Assembly: GCA_046758965.1 (NCBI GenBank)
Contig: JBHIBG010000002.1
Coordinates: 1-64,000, forward strand
Origin: Candidatus Methylomirabilia bacterium
Lineage (GTDB): Bacteria; Methylomirabilota; Methylomirabilia; Rokubacteriales; CSP1-6
Length of the DNA: 64,000 nucleotides
Direction: 5' to 3'
In this document: positions 19,554 to 29,821 of the stretch, piece by piece
How positions within the stretch are numbered: position 1 is the first letter of the stretch
Layout: the number at the start of each line of letters is the position of its first letter
Translations under genes and position numbers: made by a program
Notes under the pieces: model-generated
What the model was told of the DNA's origin: nothing
The model's input: only the letters and a program-made list of their open reading frames with translations
The model's database searches: none

Positions 19554-20693
19554 CTACTGGACTTGGATGGGGATGGGAGGGACCAGCAGCACCAGGAGAA
19601 TCAGGCAGATCGCCCCCACGAGGTAGCGGCCAGAGGAGAGCGGCGTGAGATCGTTCAGCGGAGGACTATGGTGAAAGCCGATGAGGAAGAAGAGGAGCGC
19701 CGCCCACACCACCCAGTTCAGTGACCCGGTGACGGCGCCCATGGCAAGGAGCGCCACGAAGGTCGCCAGCGAGAGTTTGCGGTGGTGGACCCCGAAGAGC
19801 GCGTACGCGATCCGGCCGCCGTCCAGCTGGCCAACCGGGAAGAGATTCAGCGCCGTCACGAAGAGGCCGACCCAGCCGGCCAGCCCGACCGGATGAATGA
19901 GGATATCCATTCCCTCAGGGATCGAGCCGAAGGTGAGATACACCAAAAAGCGCATCATCAGCGAGTCGCCAAAAATCAGCCCCCCGTACCCGGGGGGGAT
20001 CGCGATCATCCGCGACCACTGGAGCCCTATCACAAGCGCGGGGATGGCGACCACGAGCCCGGCCAAGGGGCCCGCAGCGGCGATGTCGAACAGCGAGTCC
20101 CGGTCCCGGGGCGGCGACTTCATCTTGATGATGGCACCCAGGGTCCCGAAGATGAACGGTGGCGGGGCCGGAATGAAGTACGGCAGGCTCACCGCGGCGC
20201 GGTAGTATCGCGCGGTGAAGTAATGCCCGAACTCGTGGACGCCCAGGATGGAGAGGAGCGTGAAGGCAAACGGGACCCCGCTGAGCAACCGCGCCGGCTC
20301 GGTAAAGGGGTTGAAGGCGAGGAAGGCGCCTGAGCCGGCCACCAGCGTAGAGAGACAGGTGGCAACGAACAGGACGAGGTTCACCATCGGGTTTCCCGCC
20401 TCGGTCACGCCGGCCACCGGAAGCGCTCGAATCCAGACCTGCCCCCGCTCTTGCTGAAGAAACGGGGTATAGCCGAAGGGCTTGAAGCGCCGCTCCAGGA
20501 GGTCGAGGGCACGGCCAGGCGCTAGCAGCAGCCGACCCCTGAAGCTGACGACCTGGCCGCGAATCTGACGCTCTTCCAGCACGAAGAGGTCCTCCACATT
20601 GCCGCGGAGGAGCTGCTCGAGCACCAGAAGGTCGGGCTCTGGAGCAACGGGAAACTGAACCGCACGAAGCCGCCTGAACGGCCAAGCCCGCAT
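19554..20693 (-). CDS. site-2 protease (M50) family membrane metalloprotease
   Basis: HEFGH, AAAGPLAG, NLFPVGQLDGG. Confidence 0.92.
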   Translation of the reverse strand: MRAWPFRRLRAVQFPVAPEPDLLVLEQLLRGNVEDLFVLEERQIRGQVVSFRGRLLLAPGRALDLLERRFKPFGYTPFLQQERGQVWIRALPVAGVTEAGNPMVNLVLFVATCLSTLVAGSGAFLAFNPFTEPARLLSGVPFAFTLLSILGVHEFGHYFTARYYRAAVSLPYFIPAPPPFIFGTLGAIIKMKSPPRDRDSLFDIAAAGPLAGLVVAIPALVIGLQWSRMIAIPPGYGGLIFGDSLMMRFLVYLTFGSIPEGMDILIHPVGLAGWVGLFVTALNLFPVGQLDGGRIAYALFGVHHRKLSLATFVALLAMGAVTGSLNWVVWAALLFFLIGFHHSPPLNDLTPLSSGRYLVGAICLILLVLLVPPIPIQVQ

Positions 20694-20705
20694 ACTCGGA
20701 GCTTA

Positions 20706-21149
20706 TCACACGGTGAGGCGGCCCACTACCGCGCGCGCGGCGGCGAGCCCGCCATCCACATAGACGGCACCCAGCACCGCCTCGAAGGCCGTGGCGAGGA
20801 CCGAGCCCTTGTCTCTGCCACCGCTCAGCTCCTCGCCGCGTCCAAGGCGGAGGGGTGCGCCCAGCTCCAGGTGTTCGGCCCAGCGCGCCAGGGCCGCCCC
20901 CGCCACCAGCTCGGCTCGCTGGGTCGTAAGGACGCCGACGGGCAGATCCCGCGCTTCTGCCCAGAGGCGCTCGGTCACCACGAGGGCCAACACCGCATCC
21001 CCCAACAGGGCCAGGCTCGCGTTGTCGGGCAGCGGCGGGTGCTCATGGGCGTAGGAGGCGTGGGTGAGAGCGCGACGGAGAAGATCTCGATCTCGGAAGG
21101 TGTACCCCAGGCGTCGCTCGAGCGCTACGAGCGCGTCAGCGTCGAGCAT
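20706..21149 (-). CDS. rnc: ribonuclease III catalytic-domain protein, degenerate and lacking dsRBD
   Basis: LERRLGYTF, ALTHAS, LLGDAVL, LGRGEE, FEAVLGAVYVDGG; position after fabF. Confidence 0.8.
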   Translation of the reverse strand: MLDADALVALERRLGYTFRDRDLLRRALTHASYAHEHPPLPDNASLALLGDAVLALVVTERLWAEARDLPVGVLTTQRAELVAGAALARWAEHLELGAPLRLGRGEELSGGRDKGSVLATAFEAVLGAVYVDGGLAAARAVVGRLTV

Positions 21150-21173
21150 TGAGGCCAAGCAACTGGCCGGGAC

Positions 21174-22418
21174 TCACCCCTGGAACCGACGAAAGGCGAG
21201 GGTCGCGTTGGTCCCCCCGAAGCCGAAGGCGTTTGAGAGCGCCGCCTCCACCTCCTGCTTCCGTGCCTGGTTGGGGACATAGTCGAGGTCGCACTCCGGA
21301 TCCGGGGTCGTGTAGTTGATCGTGGGGGGCAGGAGGCCGTACCAGATAGCCAGAATGGTCGCGATGGCCTCGACGCCGCCCGCCGCTCCCAGCAGGTGCC
21401 CGATCATAGACTTGGTGGAGGAGACCGCCAGCTTAGAGGCATGGTCGCCGAAGACGCGCTTGATCGCCATGGTCTCGAACTTGTCGTTGTACGGGGTGGA
21501 GGTGCCGTGAGCGTTGATGTAGCCCACCATCGTGGGCTCGACGCCCCCGTCCCGGAGCGCCCCGGTCATGGCCCGGGCGGCCCCGTCGCCCTCCGGGTCC
21601 GGCGCGGTCATATGATAGGCATCCGAGCTCATTCCGTATCCGACGATCTCGGCGTAGATGCGGGCATCTCGCCTGACAGCGTGCTCCACCGACTCGAGAA
21701 TGACTTCCCCTCCGCCTTCCCCGCAGACGAAGCCGTCCCTGTCAGCGTCGAAGGGGCGAGATGCCTTCTCGGGCTCGTCGTTGCGGGTGGACATGGCTTT
21801 CATGGAACAGAAGCCCGCGAAGGTTAGCGGAGTGATGATGGCCTCGGCACCTCCCGCGATCATCACGTCAGCGTCGCCACGCTGGATGATCTTGAAGGCG
21901 TCGCCGATCGCGTGATTTCCCGTGGCGCAGGCAGTGACCACCGCCGAGTTGGGCCCCTTGGCCTTGTAGCGCATCGAGATAAGCCCGGAGGCCATGTTGG
22001 CGATCAGCATCGGAATGAAGAACGGAGAGACGCGCTCGGCTCCTCGCTCAAGGAGCGTCTTGTGGGTGTCAATGAGGGTGGTGATCCCACCGATCCCGGA
22101 GCCCACGAGAACGCCGAAGCGGGTCCCGTCCACCTTCGAGAGATCGAGCCCGGCGTCTTCCACGGCCATCGCCGCGCAGGCAATGGCGTACTGCAGGTAC
22201 GGGTCCAGCCGGCGCGCCTCCTTCTTGTCGAGCCACCTCAGCGGATCGAAATCCTTGATCTCCCCGGCCATGCGGGTGGGGAAATCGGTAGCATCGAACC
22301 GGGTGATCGGCCCGATGCCGGACTGCCCCTGGCTGATGGCGCCCCAGAACTCCTCCGCAGAGTTGCCCGCCGGCGTCAGAGCCCCGAGCCCGGTGACGAC
22401 CACACGCCGCGTCCCCAC
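21174..22418 (-). CDS. fabF: beta-ketoacyl-ACP synthase II
   Basis: [33 protein letters not shown]. Confidence 0.97.
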   Translation of the reverse strand: MGTRRVVVTGLGALTPAGNSAEEFWGAISQGQSGIGPITRFDATDFPTRMAGEIKDFDPLRWLDKKEARRLDPYLQYAIACAAMAVEDAGLDLSKVDGTRFGVLVGSGIGGITTLIDTHKTLLERGAERVSPFFIPMLIANMASGLISMRYKAKGPNSAVVTACATGNHAIGDAFKIIQRGDADVMIAGGAEAIITPLTFAGFCSMKAMSTRNDEPEKASRPFDADRDGFVCGEGGGEVILESVEHAVRRDARIYAEIVGYGMSSDAYHMTAPDPEGDGAARAMTGALRDGGVEPTMVGYINAHGTSTPYNDKFETMAIKRVFGDHASKLAVSSTKSMIGHLLGAAGGVEAIATILAIWYGLLPPTINYTTPDPECDLDYVPNQARKQEVEAALSNAFGFGGTNATLAFRRFQG

Positions 22419-22460
22419 AGGATCACACTCCCTTGTTGAAGCGCTCCAGCTCCAGCGTGG

Positions 22461-22697
22461 TCAGACGTTGTCCTTGATGTACTGGATCGTGTCCCCCACC
22501 GTGACGATCTTCTCAGCGTCCTCGTCGGGGATCTCGATGCCGAACTCCTCCTCGAACGCCATGACCAGCTCCACCGTATCCAGCGAGTCGGCTCCCAGAT
22601 CCTCGATGAACTTGGCGGTGGGGATCACCTCATCTTCCCCGACCCCGAGCTGCTCGCAAATAATCTCCTTCACCCGCTCCTCGACCGGCTTTGCCAT
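22461..22697 (-). CDS. acpP: acyl carrier protein
   Basis: [22 protein letters not shown] 22697 with GGAGG SD. Confidence 0.97.
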   Translation of the reverse strand: MAKPVEERVKEIICEQLGVGEDEVIPTAKFIEDLGADSLDTVELVMAFEEEFGIEIPDEDAEKIVTVGDTIQYIKDNV

Positions 22698-22720
22698 GAC
22701 GACCTCCTGAGATTCCATCC

Positions 22721-23470
22721 TCACATATGAAGCCCACCGTTGACGTGAAAAACCTGTCCGGTCACGTACATGGCCCCATCGCCCACCAGGAAACGCACCA
22801 CCTCCGCCACTTCTCGGGTCGTCCCGATCCGCTTCAGCGGGATCTGGTTCAGCAGGGCTGCCTTGGCCTCGGCGGGGAGCGCGGCTGTCATGTCGGTGTC
22901 GATGAGCCCTGGCGCCACGACGTTCACAAGAATCCCCCAGTGGGCCAGCTCCCTCGCCGCGGCCTTGGTCAGGCCGATGAGCCCGGCCTTGGCTGCGGAG
23001 TAATTCACCTGCCCCGCGCTGCCCATGACGCCCGCCGCCGAAGCGATGTTGACGATCCGGCCGCCCTTCTGACGCATCATCATCTTGGCCGCGGCGCGGG
23101 TCATCAGAAACGCGCCCCGGAGGTTGACCTGGAGCACTTCGTCCCAGTCCCCGTCCTTCATCCTGACCAGGAGAACATCCCGAGTGATGCCGGCGTTGTT
23201 CACGAGGATGTCGATGCGACCAAACCGCTCTTTGACCGCCGCCATCAGCCGCTCGACATCCTCGGCGCGGGCCACGTCAGCGGCAATCCCCAGGGCCGGC
23301 GGACCCAAGGCCTCCAGCTCCCTGGCCGCCGTCTCCACTCGGGCGGCATCGCGCCCCGAGACTACCACGGCGGCCCCCTCCTCCGCCAGGCACGCCGCCA
23401 CGGCTGAGCCAATGCCACGGCTCCCGCCGGTAACCACGGCGACGCGACCCTCGAGCGCCTTACTCCCCAC
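22721..23470 (-). CDS. fabG: 3-oxoacyl-ACP reductase
   Basis: [24 protein letters not shown] 23470 overlaps the fabD end. Confidence 0.95.
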   Translation of the reverse strand: MGSKALEGRVAVVTGGSRGIGSAVAACLAEEGAAVVVSGRDAARVETAARELEALGPPALGIAADVARAEDVERLMAAVKERFGRIDILVNNAGITRDVLLVRMKDGDWDEVLQVNLRGAFLMTRAAAKMMMRQKGGRIVNIASAAGVMGSAGQVNYSAAKAGLIGLTKAAARELAHWGILVNVVAPGLIDTDMTAALPAEAKAALLNQIPLKRIGTTREVAEVVRFLVGDGAMYVTGQVFHVNGGLHM

Positions 23471-24422
23471 GGGCGCTCCCCAGGGCAACGAGAGCTTTCT
23501 CCAAGCCTGCCGGGTCTTCCACCGCGTACCCCTTGACCTCCGCCGAGATCCGCCGGAGGAGCCCCGTCAGCACTCTGCCGGGCCCGACCTCCACGAACCT
23601 GGTGACACCCTCGCCGATCATGCGCCGGACACAGTCGGTCCAGCGCACCGGGCTGGCCACTTGCTCGACGAGGAACGGGGAGACCTCCTCGGCGGAGCTG
23701 GTAAGTCCTGCGTCCACATTCCGCACCACGGGAAACTTCGGGGGAGACACGACCACGGTCTCGATCTCCCTAGCGAGCCGCTCGGCGGCGGGCAGCATGA
23801 GGGAAGAATGAAACGGCGCGCTGACCGGAAGGAGCACACTCTTCATGGCACCACGGTCGGCAGCGCGAGTGACGGCGCGCTCGACCGCCCCCTTATGACC
23901 GGCGATCACGACTTGAGCGTCGGCGTTGATGTTAGCCACGCTCACCACCTCGGCATCCCCGCCGGAGGCGGGTCGCACCGCCTCCCGACACAGCTCTTCC
24001 ACCACCGGAAGGTCCAAGCCGATGATCGCCGCCATGGCCCCCACCTCCACAGGAACCGCCTCCTGCATGAACTCCCCCCGTCGGCGGACGAGCCGGACGG
24101 CATCGGTGAACTGGAGGGTGCCGGCCACGACCAGCGCCGAGTACTCTCCCAGACTGTGCCCCGCCGCCAGCGCCGGAGAAACCCCGCGCTCGGCCAGCGC
24201 CGTGGCGGCGGCTACGCTCGCGGTAAGGATTGCCGGCTGCGTGTTGGCGGTGAGCTGGAGCGCCTCTTGGGGCCCGTCGAAGGACAGCCGCGCCAGGTCA
24301 AACCCGAGAACGTCGCTCGCCTCCTCGTAGAGGGCGCGCACCTCTCGAGAGCGCTCATAAAAGCCCTTGCCCATCCCCACGGCCTGGGAGCCCTGCCCCG
24401 GGAACATGAACGCTAGCTTCAT
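23460..24422 (-). CDS. fabD: malonyl-CoA:ACP transacylase
   Basis: FPGQGSQ, TQPA, GHSLGEY, SAPFH. Confidence 0.97.
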   Translation of the reverse strand: MKLAFMFPGQGSQAVGMGKGFYERSREVRALYEEASDVLGFDLARLSFDGPQEALQLTANTQPAILTASVAAATALAERGVSPALAAGHSLGEYSALVVAGTLQFTDAVRLVRRRGEFMQEAVPVEVGAMAAIIGLDLPVVEELCREAVRPASGGDAEVVSVANINADAQVVIAGHKGAVERAVTRAADRGAMKSVLLPVSAPFHSSLMLPAAERLAREIETVVVSPPKFPVVRNVDAGLTSSAEEVSPFLVEQVASPVRWTDCVRRMIGEGVTRFVEVGPGRVLTGLLRRISAEVKGYAVEDPAGLEKALVALGSARGE

Positions 24423-24443
24423 GGTCGGTAGACGACCGGACCC

Positions 24444-25472
24444 CTACTTCCCGACGCCCAGCCGACCGTTTCGCGCCAGGTCGGCCTCGACCTCGAGGGC
24501 GGCTTTGATGTGTTCGTTGACGTTCCGCTGGACCCACTCCGCCGCAACCCGGATTGCGTTCTTGATCGCCTTCGCAGGCGAGGCCCCGTGGCAGACGATC
24601 GAGGCCCCGTTGATCCCCAGGAGCGGTGCTCCACCCAGCTCAGTGTAATCCACCCGCTTTCGGAAGCGATTGAGGGCCGGCTTGGAGAGCAGCGCTCCCA
24701 GCTTGGACAGGGTGTCCCGCGTGAGCTCCTCTCGGATCATGGCTCCCAGCATCTCGGCCATGCTCTCCGAGATCTTGAGCGCCACATTCCCGGTGAAGCC
24801 GTCGGTCACCACCACGTCGCAGGAGCCGTTGTAGATGTCCCGCCCCTCCACGTTACCAAGGAACTTCAGCGAAGAGAGCTTGAGTCCTTCAAACGCCTCC
24901 TTCGTCAGCTCGTTCCCCTTGCCCTCCTCCTCCCCCACCGAGAGCAGGCCCACGCGCGGCTTGACCCGGCCCAGGATGTGCATCGCGTAGCAGTGGCCCA
25001 TGATGGCGAACTGCACCAGTTGACGGGGTTTGGGGTCCACGTTCGCGCCGGCGTCGATCAGGACGGTGTAACCCGTGAGGCTCGGCAGCATCACCGCGAT
25101 GGCGGGGCGATCCACACCGGGCAGCACGCCGAGGACGAACATCCCGACGGCCATCGCCGCCCCGGTGTTCCCCGCCGTGACGAAGGCGACGGCCTCCCCT
25201 TTCGTGACCAGGTTTGCGGCCACCCGGAGCGAGGAATCAGGCTTCCGGCGCAGCGCCTGAGAGGGCGATTCGGCCATCCCCACGACCTGCGAGGCCTGGT
25301 GGACGGTAATCGGGAGGCCCTGGGGGTGATGGCGGGCCAGCTCGCGCTGCACCAGGCTCTCCTCCCCGACCAGGATGGTGGCCAACCCGTACTCCCGCGC
25401 CGCGGCCACGGCACCCTCAACCACCACGGGGGGGCCGTAGTCACCCCCCATCGCGTCAACGGCAATTCTCAT
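24444..25472 (-). CDS. plsX: phosphate acyltransferase
   Basis: AVDAMGGD, GNTGA, DRPA, DGFTGNVALK. Confidence 0.97.
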   Translation of the reverse strand: MRIAVDAMGGDYGPPVVVEGAVAAAREYGLATILVGEESLVQRELARHHPQGLPITVHQASQVVGMAESPSQALRRKPDSSLRVAANLVTKGEAVAFVTAGNTGAAMAVGMFVLGVLPGVDRPAIAVMLPSLTGYTVLIDAGANVDPKPRQLVQFAIMGHCYAMHILGRVKPRVGLLSVGEEEGKGNELTKEAFEGLKLSSLKFLGNVEGRDIYNGSCDVVVTDGFTGNVALKISESMAEMLGAMIREELTRDTLSKLGALLSKPALNRFRKRVDYTELGGAPLLGINGASIVCHGASPAKAIKNAIRVAAEWVQRNVNEHIKAALEVEADLARNGRLGVGK

Positions 25473-25533
25473 GTTCGACGACCGCCAGATTAAGGACGAA
25501 TTGCACCTAACCGAACAGGAAGCCCGATCTGCC

Positions 25534-25693
25534 GGGCCAAATCACGAACGTGACGAGGAGAGAGGGAGAAACCCAGCACCCCACTCGCCTCCGCCTCGCG
25601 GGGACCCCGGCCGGCCGGACGCCCGCTGGCCCACCCCGCCTTCGGCGGGACTGGGAGCCCGCAAAGGAATGGCGACGACCGAGGGCCAAATCA
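25534..25693. repeat. 11 bp direct repeats flanking a GC-rich structured segment
   Basis: GGGCCAAATCA at 25534-25544 and 25683-25693; internal hairpin CCCGCC-TTC-GGCGGG at 25635-25649. Confidence 0.55.
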
Positions 25694-25715
25694 GGCGAAC
25701 TTAGCTGGACCGGCA

Positions 25716-25898
25716 CTAGGCCCCTTCAATAGGAAGGATCTCTTTCCCTCTGTAGTAGCCGCAGTGCGGGCAGACACGGTGAGGGAGTTTGGTCTCCCGG
25801 CACTGGGGGCAGACCGACAGTGCCGGAGAAGTCAGCCGATAATGGGTCCGGCGTTTCCGGCCTCGGGTCCTGGAATGGCGCCGCTTGGGGAGGGGCAT
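25716..25898 (-). CDS. rpmF: 50S ribosomal protein L32
   Basis: MPLPKRRHSRTR, CPQC...PHRVCPHCGYYRG. Confidence 0.97.
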   Translation of the reverse strand: MPLPKRRHSRTRGRKRRTHYRLTSPALSVCPQCRETKLPHRVCPHCGYYRGKEILPIEGA

Positions 25899-25911
25899 GG
25901 TGCGCTCGCTC

Positions 25912-26430
25912 CTATCGGGACGACAATCGCTCCGCGAGGCTCTTCAACACAGCCAGCCGGGGATCCGGCGGCTTCACCTCGCAGCTGCAGGGATTCGCGT
26001 TCCGGTTGCCGCCGCAGACGGGACACAGCCCACGGCAACCGGGTCGGCAGAGGGGCTTCATGGGAAGTCCGAGCATCGCCTCAGTCTGAACCAGGCGATC
26101 CAAGTCGAGGAGGTCATCGGCGTAAAAGTCCATCTCCAAGTCCTCGGGGGTGAGCTCGACCTCTTCGTCGCGTCGCCCGCGCGGGCGCGGAGCGAAGCGG
26201 GTATCGACGTCAGCGGAAACCCTGAACGTGAAGGCTTCAACGCAGCGCCCGCAGACCTGGGGGATCGAGGCGGAGACCCGTCCCCGAACGAGAACCTCAT
26301 CCCCGTCCTTCTCCAGTAAGAGCGCGACACCATCTAGCCTCCAGGAAGACTCCCCAAAGGCGTTCGGAAATCCTTGAGCCCCCTCGACTGAGAGCCCCTC
26401 CGCAGGAATTTCCGACACCCGGATGACCAT
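25912..26430 (-). CDS. yceD: YceD/DUF177 family protein
   Basis: CGRC, PMKPLCRPGCRGLCPVCG, DPRLAVL; upstream of rpmF. Confidence 0.93.
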   Translation of the reverse strand: MVIRVSEIPAEGLSVEGAQGFPNAFGESSWRLDGVALLLEKDGDEVLVRGRVSASIPQVCGRCVEAFTFRVSADVDTRFAPRPRGRRDEEVELTPEDLEMDFYADDLLDLDRLVQTEAMLGLPMKPLCRPGCRGLCPVCGGNRNANPCSCEVKPPDPRLAVLKSLAERLSSR

Positions 26431-26479
26431 CGCAACCCTCGCGTAACTCCCTATAAATAAACGACTTTTCTAACCATCC

Positions 26480-26508
26480 AGTATAAGTGCCGGGAGATTC
26501 CCTGTCAA
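26480..26508 (-). promoter_or_regulatory. sigma-70 promoter of the yceD-rpmF-fab operon
   Basis: TTGACA-17 nt-TATACT. Confidence 0.8.
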
Positions 26509-26588
26509 GGGAAAAGGATCTCACAACTGGCCTCCCAAGAAGAAAAAAATAGGCCCATTCGGTCAACGCGCTACTCGGGCGCGCAAAG

Positions 26589-26617
26589 TTGACCGGCTGA
26601 GAACCGGTTGCTATTAT
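26589..26617 (+). promoter_or_regulatory. sigma-70-like promoter of htpX
   Basis: TTGACC-17 nt-TATTAT. Confidence 0.7.
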
Positions 26618-26690
26618 CCTGGACCTGGGCGTTGCTCACAGTGCATCTGTTTGGCATCTGTTTGGGCTCGCCGGTTCGCGGGAACGGAGG

Positions 26691-27548
26691 ATGACGATGC
26701 CGAACACCTTCAAGACTGGAGTCCTCCTGGGCGTCCTCACGGCCCTCCTGATTCTGATCGGCGGCGGGCTGGGCGGCCACCAGGGCATGCTTGTGGCCTT
26801 CGTCTTCGCTCTGGTGATGAACGTCGGAAGCTACTGGTTCTCAGATCGTATCGTGCTGGCGATCTACCGGGCCAGGCCGATTCAGGAGGCCGAACTCCCC
26901 GGGCTCTACCGGATTCTCCGAACGCTCGCCGGCCGCGCGGGGATTCCGATGCCACGAGTCTACCTGATCCCGTCCGAAGCCCCCAACGCCTTCGCGACAG
27001 GCCGGAACCCCGACCACGCGGCCGTGGCCGTGACCCAAGGGATCATGCGGATCCTGAACGAGGAGGAGCTCGAGGGAGTGCTGGCCCACGAGCTGGCCCA
27101 CGTCAGGAACCGCGACGTGCTCATCTCCACCGTCGCGGCGACCCTGGCCGGAGCGATCACCTATCTGGCCTTCATGGCTCGGTGGGCGGCGATCTTCGGC
27201 GGATTTAGGCGGGACAGTGATGATGAGGGAGGAGGCATTTTCGGCCTCCTGCTGATGGCTGTCCTGGCTCCGATTGCGGCCATGCTGGTTCAGATGGCAG
27301 TGTCCCGGGCTCGTGAGTACCAGGCCGACGCCACCGGCGCCCGGCTGGCAGGGCAGCCGTCCGGGCTCGCCAAGGCGCTGGAGAAGCTCCACCTGGCGTC
27401 CCGGGCGATCCCGATGCACGCGAGCCCCGCCACCGCTCATCTGTTCATCGTGAATCCCCTCCGCGGCGGCGCCTGGCTCACCCTCTTCTCGACCCACCCG
27501 CCTGTCGAGGACCGGATCGCCAAGCTCCGAGCGATGCGAATCTACTAA
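26691..27548 (+). CDS. htpX: zinc metalloprotease HtpX
   Basis: [27 protein letters not shown]. Confidence 0.96.
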   Translation: MTMPNTFKTGVLLGVLTALLILIGGGLGGHQGMLVAFVFALVMNVGSYWFSDRIVLAIYRARPIQEAELPGLYRILRTLAGRAGIPMPRVYLIPSEAPNAFATGRNPDHAAVAVTQGIMRILNEEELEGVLAHELAHVRNRDVLISTVAATLAGAITYLAFMARWAAIFGGFRRDSDDEGGGIFGLLLMAVLAPIAAMLVQMAVSRAREYQADATGARLAGQPSGLAKALEKLHLASRAIPMHASPATAHLFIVNPLRGGAWLTLFSTHPPVEDRIAKLRAMRIY

Positions 27549-27573
27549 CGCTCACGGGAGCAACGGAACTCCG

Positions 27574-27602
27574 AAGGAGACCGCCACCCGGTCTCCTTTT
27601 TT
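27574..27602 (+). terminator. intrinsic terminator after htpX
   Basis: AAGGAGACCG-CCACC-CGGTCTCCTT stem running into a T tract. Confidence 0.8.
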
Positions 27603-27654
27603 GTCGTCTCTCGCCTTGACCCGTCCGCGGCCGTAAGGGAGAATAGCTCAGCGC

Positions 27655-28359
27655 ATGCTCAGCGTGATCGGAGTCAGGAAATCGTTTGGGCCGAGGCCGG
27701 TGCTTCGGGAGGTGAGCCTTGAGCTCAGCGCCGGCGAGTGCCTGTTGCTGCTCGGAGCCAACGGCGCCGGAAAGACCACGCTGCTGAAGATCCTCGCGAC
27801 TCTCCTGCCGGCATCGAGCGGGAGAGTAACGGTGGCGGGGCACGACACCTCGAGAGAGCGGGAAGCGGTTCGGCGGCGAGCGGGGCTCCTGGCCCACGGC
27901 CACTACATCTACGAGGACCTCACGGCCTTGGAGAACCTCCGCTTCTGGGCCACACTGGCCGGGCTCGATGCCCGCCCCGCTGAGCTGCACCGCGTGCTGG
28001 CGCGCGTGGAGCTCGATTCCGTTGCCGATGAGCGCGCACGGACCTTCTCCGCGGGGATGAAGCGCCGCCTGGCCTTGGGACGGATCCTGCTGCGAGCGCC
28101 CACACTCCTGCTTCTGGATGAGCCCTATGGTGGCCTTGACCAGCGAGGGAAGAAGTGGCTCGATGAGTTCCTCCTGGGCTTCACGGAGGGAGGAGGAAGC
28201 GTGCTTGTCGCGACCCACAACTTCAGACGGGGCCTGGGGATCGCCAATCGCGTCGCAATCCTCGCGGGCGGGCGGATCGTGCTCGACCGCCCGCAGGCGG
28301 ATCTGGACTTGGAGGAGCTCCATCGCCTCTACGCTCTCTACACGGAGGACGCCGGGTGA
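27655..28359 (+). CDS. ccmA: heme exporter ATP-binding protein CcmA
   Basis: GANGAGKT, FSAGMKRR, LLLDEP; first gene of the ccm operon. Confidence 0.92.
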   Translation: MLSVIGVRKSFGPRPVLREVSLELSAGECLLLLGANGAGKTTLLKILATLLPASSGRVTVAGHDTSREREAVRRRAGLLAHGHYIYEDLTALENLRFWATLAGLDARPAELHRVLARVELDSVADERARTFSAGMKRRLALGRILLRAPTLLLLDEPYGGLDQRGKKWLDEFLLGFTEGGGSVLVATHNFRRGLGIANRVAILAGGRIVLDRPQADLDLEELHRLYALYTEDAG

Positions 28360-29033
28360 TCTACGTGCGCCGTGCCTGGATCGTGCTGTGGAAAGATCTC
28401 CTCACCGAGCGCCGGTCAAAGGCGAACGTGAATGCCCTGTTTTTCTTTGCCCTCCTCTTGCTCTTCCTCTTTCAGTTCGCGCTGGGGCCGGACCGCGAGC
28501 GGCTGGCTGCGACGCTGCCCGGCCTCTTGTGGCTGGGGGTCATTCTTGCCGGGCTCCTGGGCCTGGGGCGTACCTTCCTGGCCGAGCGTGAGAACGACTG
28601 CTGGGAAGGGCTCATCCTCGCCCCGGGTGACAAGTCGGCCATCTACTTGGGGAAGTTGGCGGGGAACATCCTCCTGATGGGAATGGTCGTGGTTGTCCTG
28701 CTGGCCTTCGTGGGATTCTTCTCCAACGTCGATCTCTGGGGACGCATCCCGCGCCTCGCGGCTGTGATCCTGCTTGGCACCGTGGGGCTGGCGGCAATCG
28801 GGACCCTGTTCGGAGCCATGACCGCCCAGCTGCGCGCTCGGGAGCTACTGTTCCCTCTGCTCCTGTTGCCCGCCCTGGTGCCGGTCCTCCTGGCGACGGT
28901 GAAGGCCACGGAGGCCGTGCTCGGAGGCCAGGCTCTGGGAGAGGTCAGCCACTGGCTCAAGCTCCTGGCTGCCGCGGATCTCATCTATCTGGTCGTGGGC
29001 TTCGTGACCTTCGACTTTCTTCTCGAGGCGTAA
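28356..29033 (+). CDS. ccmB: heme exporter protein CcmB
   Basis: WKDLLTE, PGLLW, RELLFPLLLLP; hydrophobic. Confidence 0.92.
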   Translation: MIYVRRAWIVLWKDLLTERRSKANVNALFFFALLLLFLFQFALGPDRERLAATLPGLLWLGVILAGLLGLGRTFLAERENDCWEGLILAPGDKSAIYLGKLAGNILLMGMVVVVLLAFVGFFSNVDLWGRIPRLAAVILLGTVGLAAIGTLFGAMTAQLRARELLFPLLLLPALVPVLLATVKATEAVLGGQALGEVSHWLKLLAAADLIYLVVGFVTFDFLLEA

Positions 29034-29036
29034 GCC

Positions 29037-29684
29037 GTGACGCGAATGCTGGGGTGGACAGCTCTCCTCGCGCTCCTGGCCGGGCTCGCGCTCGGCTTCG
29101 GGTATGCCCCCAGGGACGCCGTTCAGGGTAACGTCCAGCGCATCATGTATCTCCACGTCCCCTCAATCCTGACCGCCTATCTCGCGTTCGCCCTGGTGCT
29201 GACAGGCAGCCTGGCCTACCTCCTCACCCGACGCTCACCGTGGGACCGGCTGGCCCAAGCCTCGGCGGAGCTCGGGGTGATCTTCACGGGGCTCACGTTG
29301 GTTTCGGGCTCGATCTGGGGAAAGCCGACCTGGGGGACGTGGTGGACGTGGGATGCGCGGCTCACGTCCACAGCCATCCTCTTTTTGACGTACGTGGGCT
29401 ATCTCCTTCTCAGGGCGATGGTGGAAGATCGGGAGCGCGCGGCCACGTACGCGGCGGTGGTGGGGATCCTCGGAGCGATCAACATTCCCATTGTCCACTT
29501 CTCCGTTGTCTGGTGGCGGACCCTGCACCAACCTCCCACGATCCTCGCTCCGGTGGCAGCGCCCTTCTCCACGTCCATGAAAGTGACGTTGCTGGTCAAT
29601 TTGGCGGCTTTCGCGCTGCTCTTCATCTACCTCCTCAGGAGGCGCCTGGCGCTCCGGCAGCTCGAGGAAGAAGCGGGGCTCTGA
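29037..29684 (+). CDS. ccmC: heme exporter protein CcmC
   Basis: YLHVP, WGKPTWGTWWTWDARLT, WWRTLHQ. Confidence 0.95.
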   Translation: MTRMLGWTALLALLAGLALGFGYAPRDAVQGNVQRIMYLHVPSILTAYLAFALVLTGSLAYLLTRRSPWDRLAQASAELGVIFTGLTLVSGSIWGKPTWGTWWTWDARLTSTAILFLTYVGYLLLRAMVEDRERAATYAAVVGILGAINIPIVHFSVVWWRTLHQPPTILAPVAAPFSTSMKVTLLVNLAAFALLFIYLLRRRLALRQLEEEAGL

Positions 29685-29821
29685 TGCCGGATAACTGGGG
29701 GTTCGTCTTCGCCGCCTACGGCATTGCTCTGGTGGTGCTCATCGGGTACTGGCGACGCCTCACCCGCCGAGGCCGGGAACTCGCGCGCCTCAAGAAGCAG
29801 CAGGAGCGGAAGGGCGCGTGA
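29684..29821 (+). CDS. ccmD: heme exporter protein CcmD
   Basis: 45 aa MPDNWGFVFAAYG-TM-basic tail, coupled by TGATG to ccmC and GTGA to ccmE; present in the ORF track only as the tail of a longer frame. Confidence 0.85.
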   Translation: MPDNWGFVFAAYGIALVVLIGYWRRLTRRGRELARLKKQQERKGA

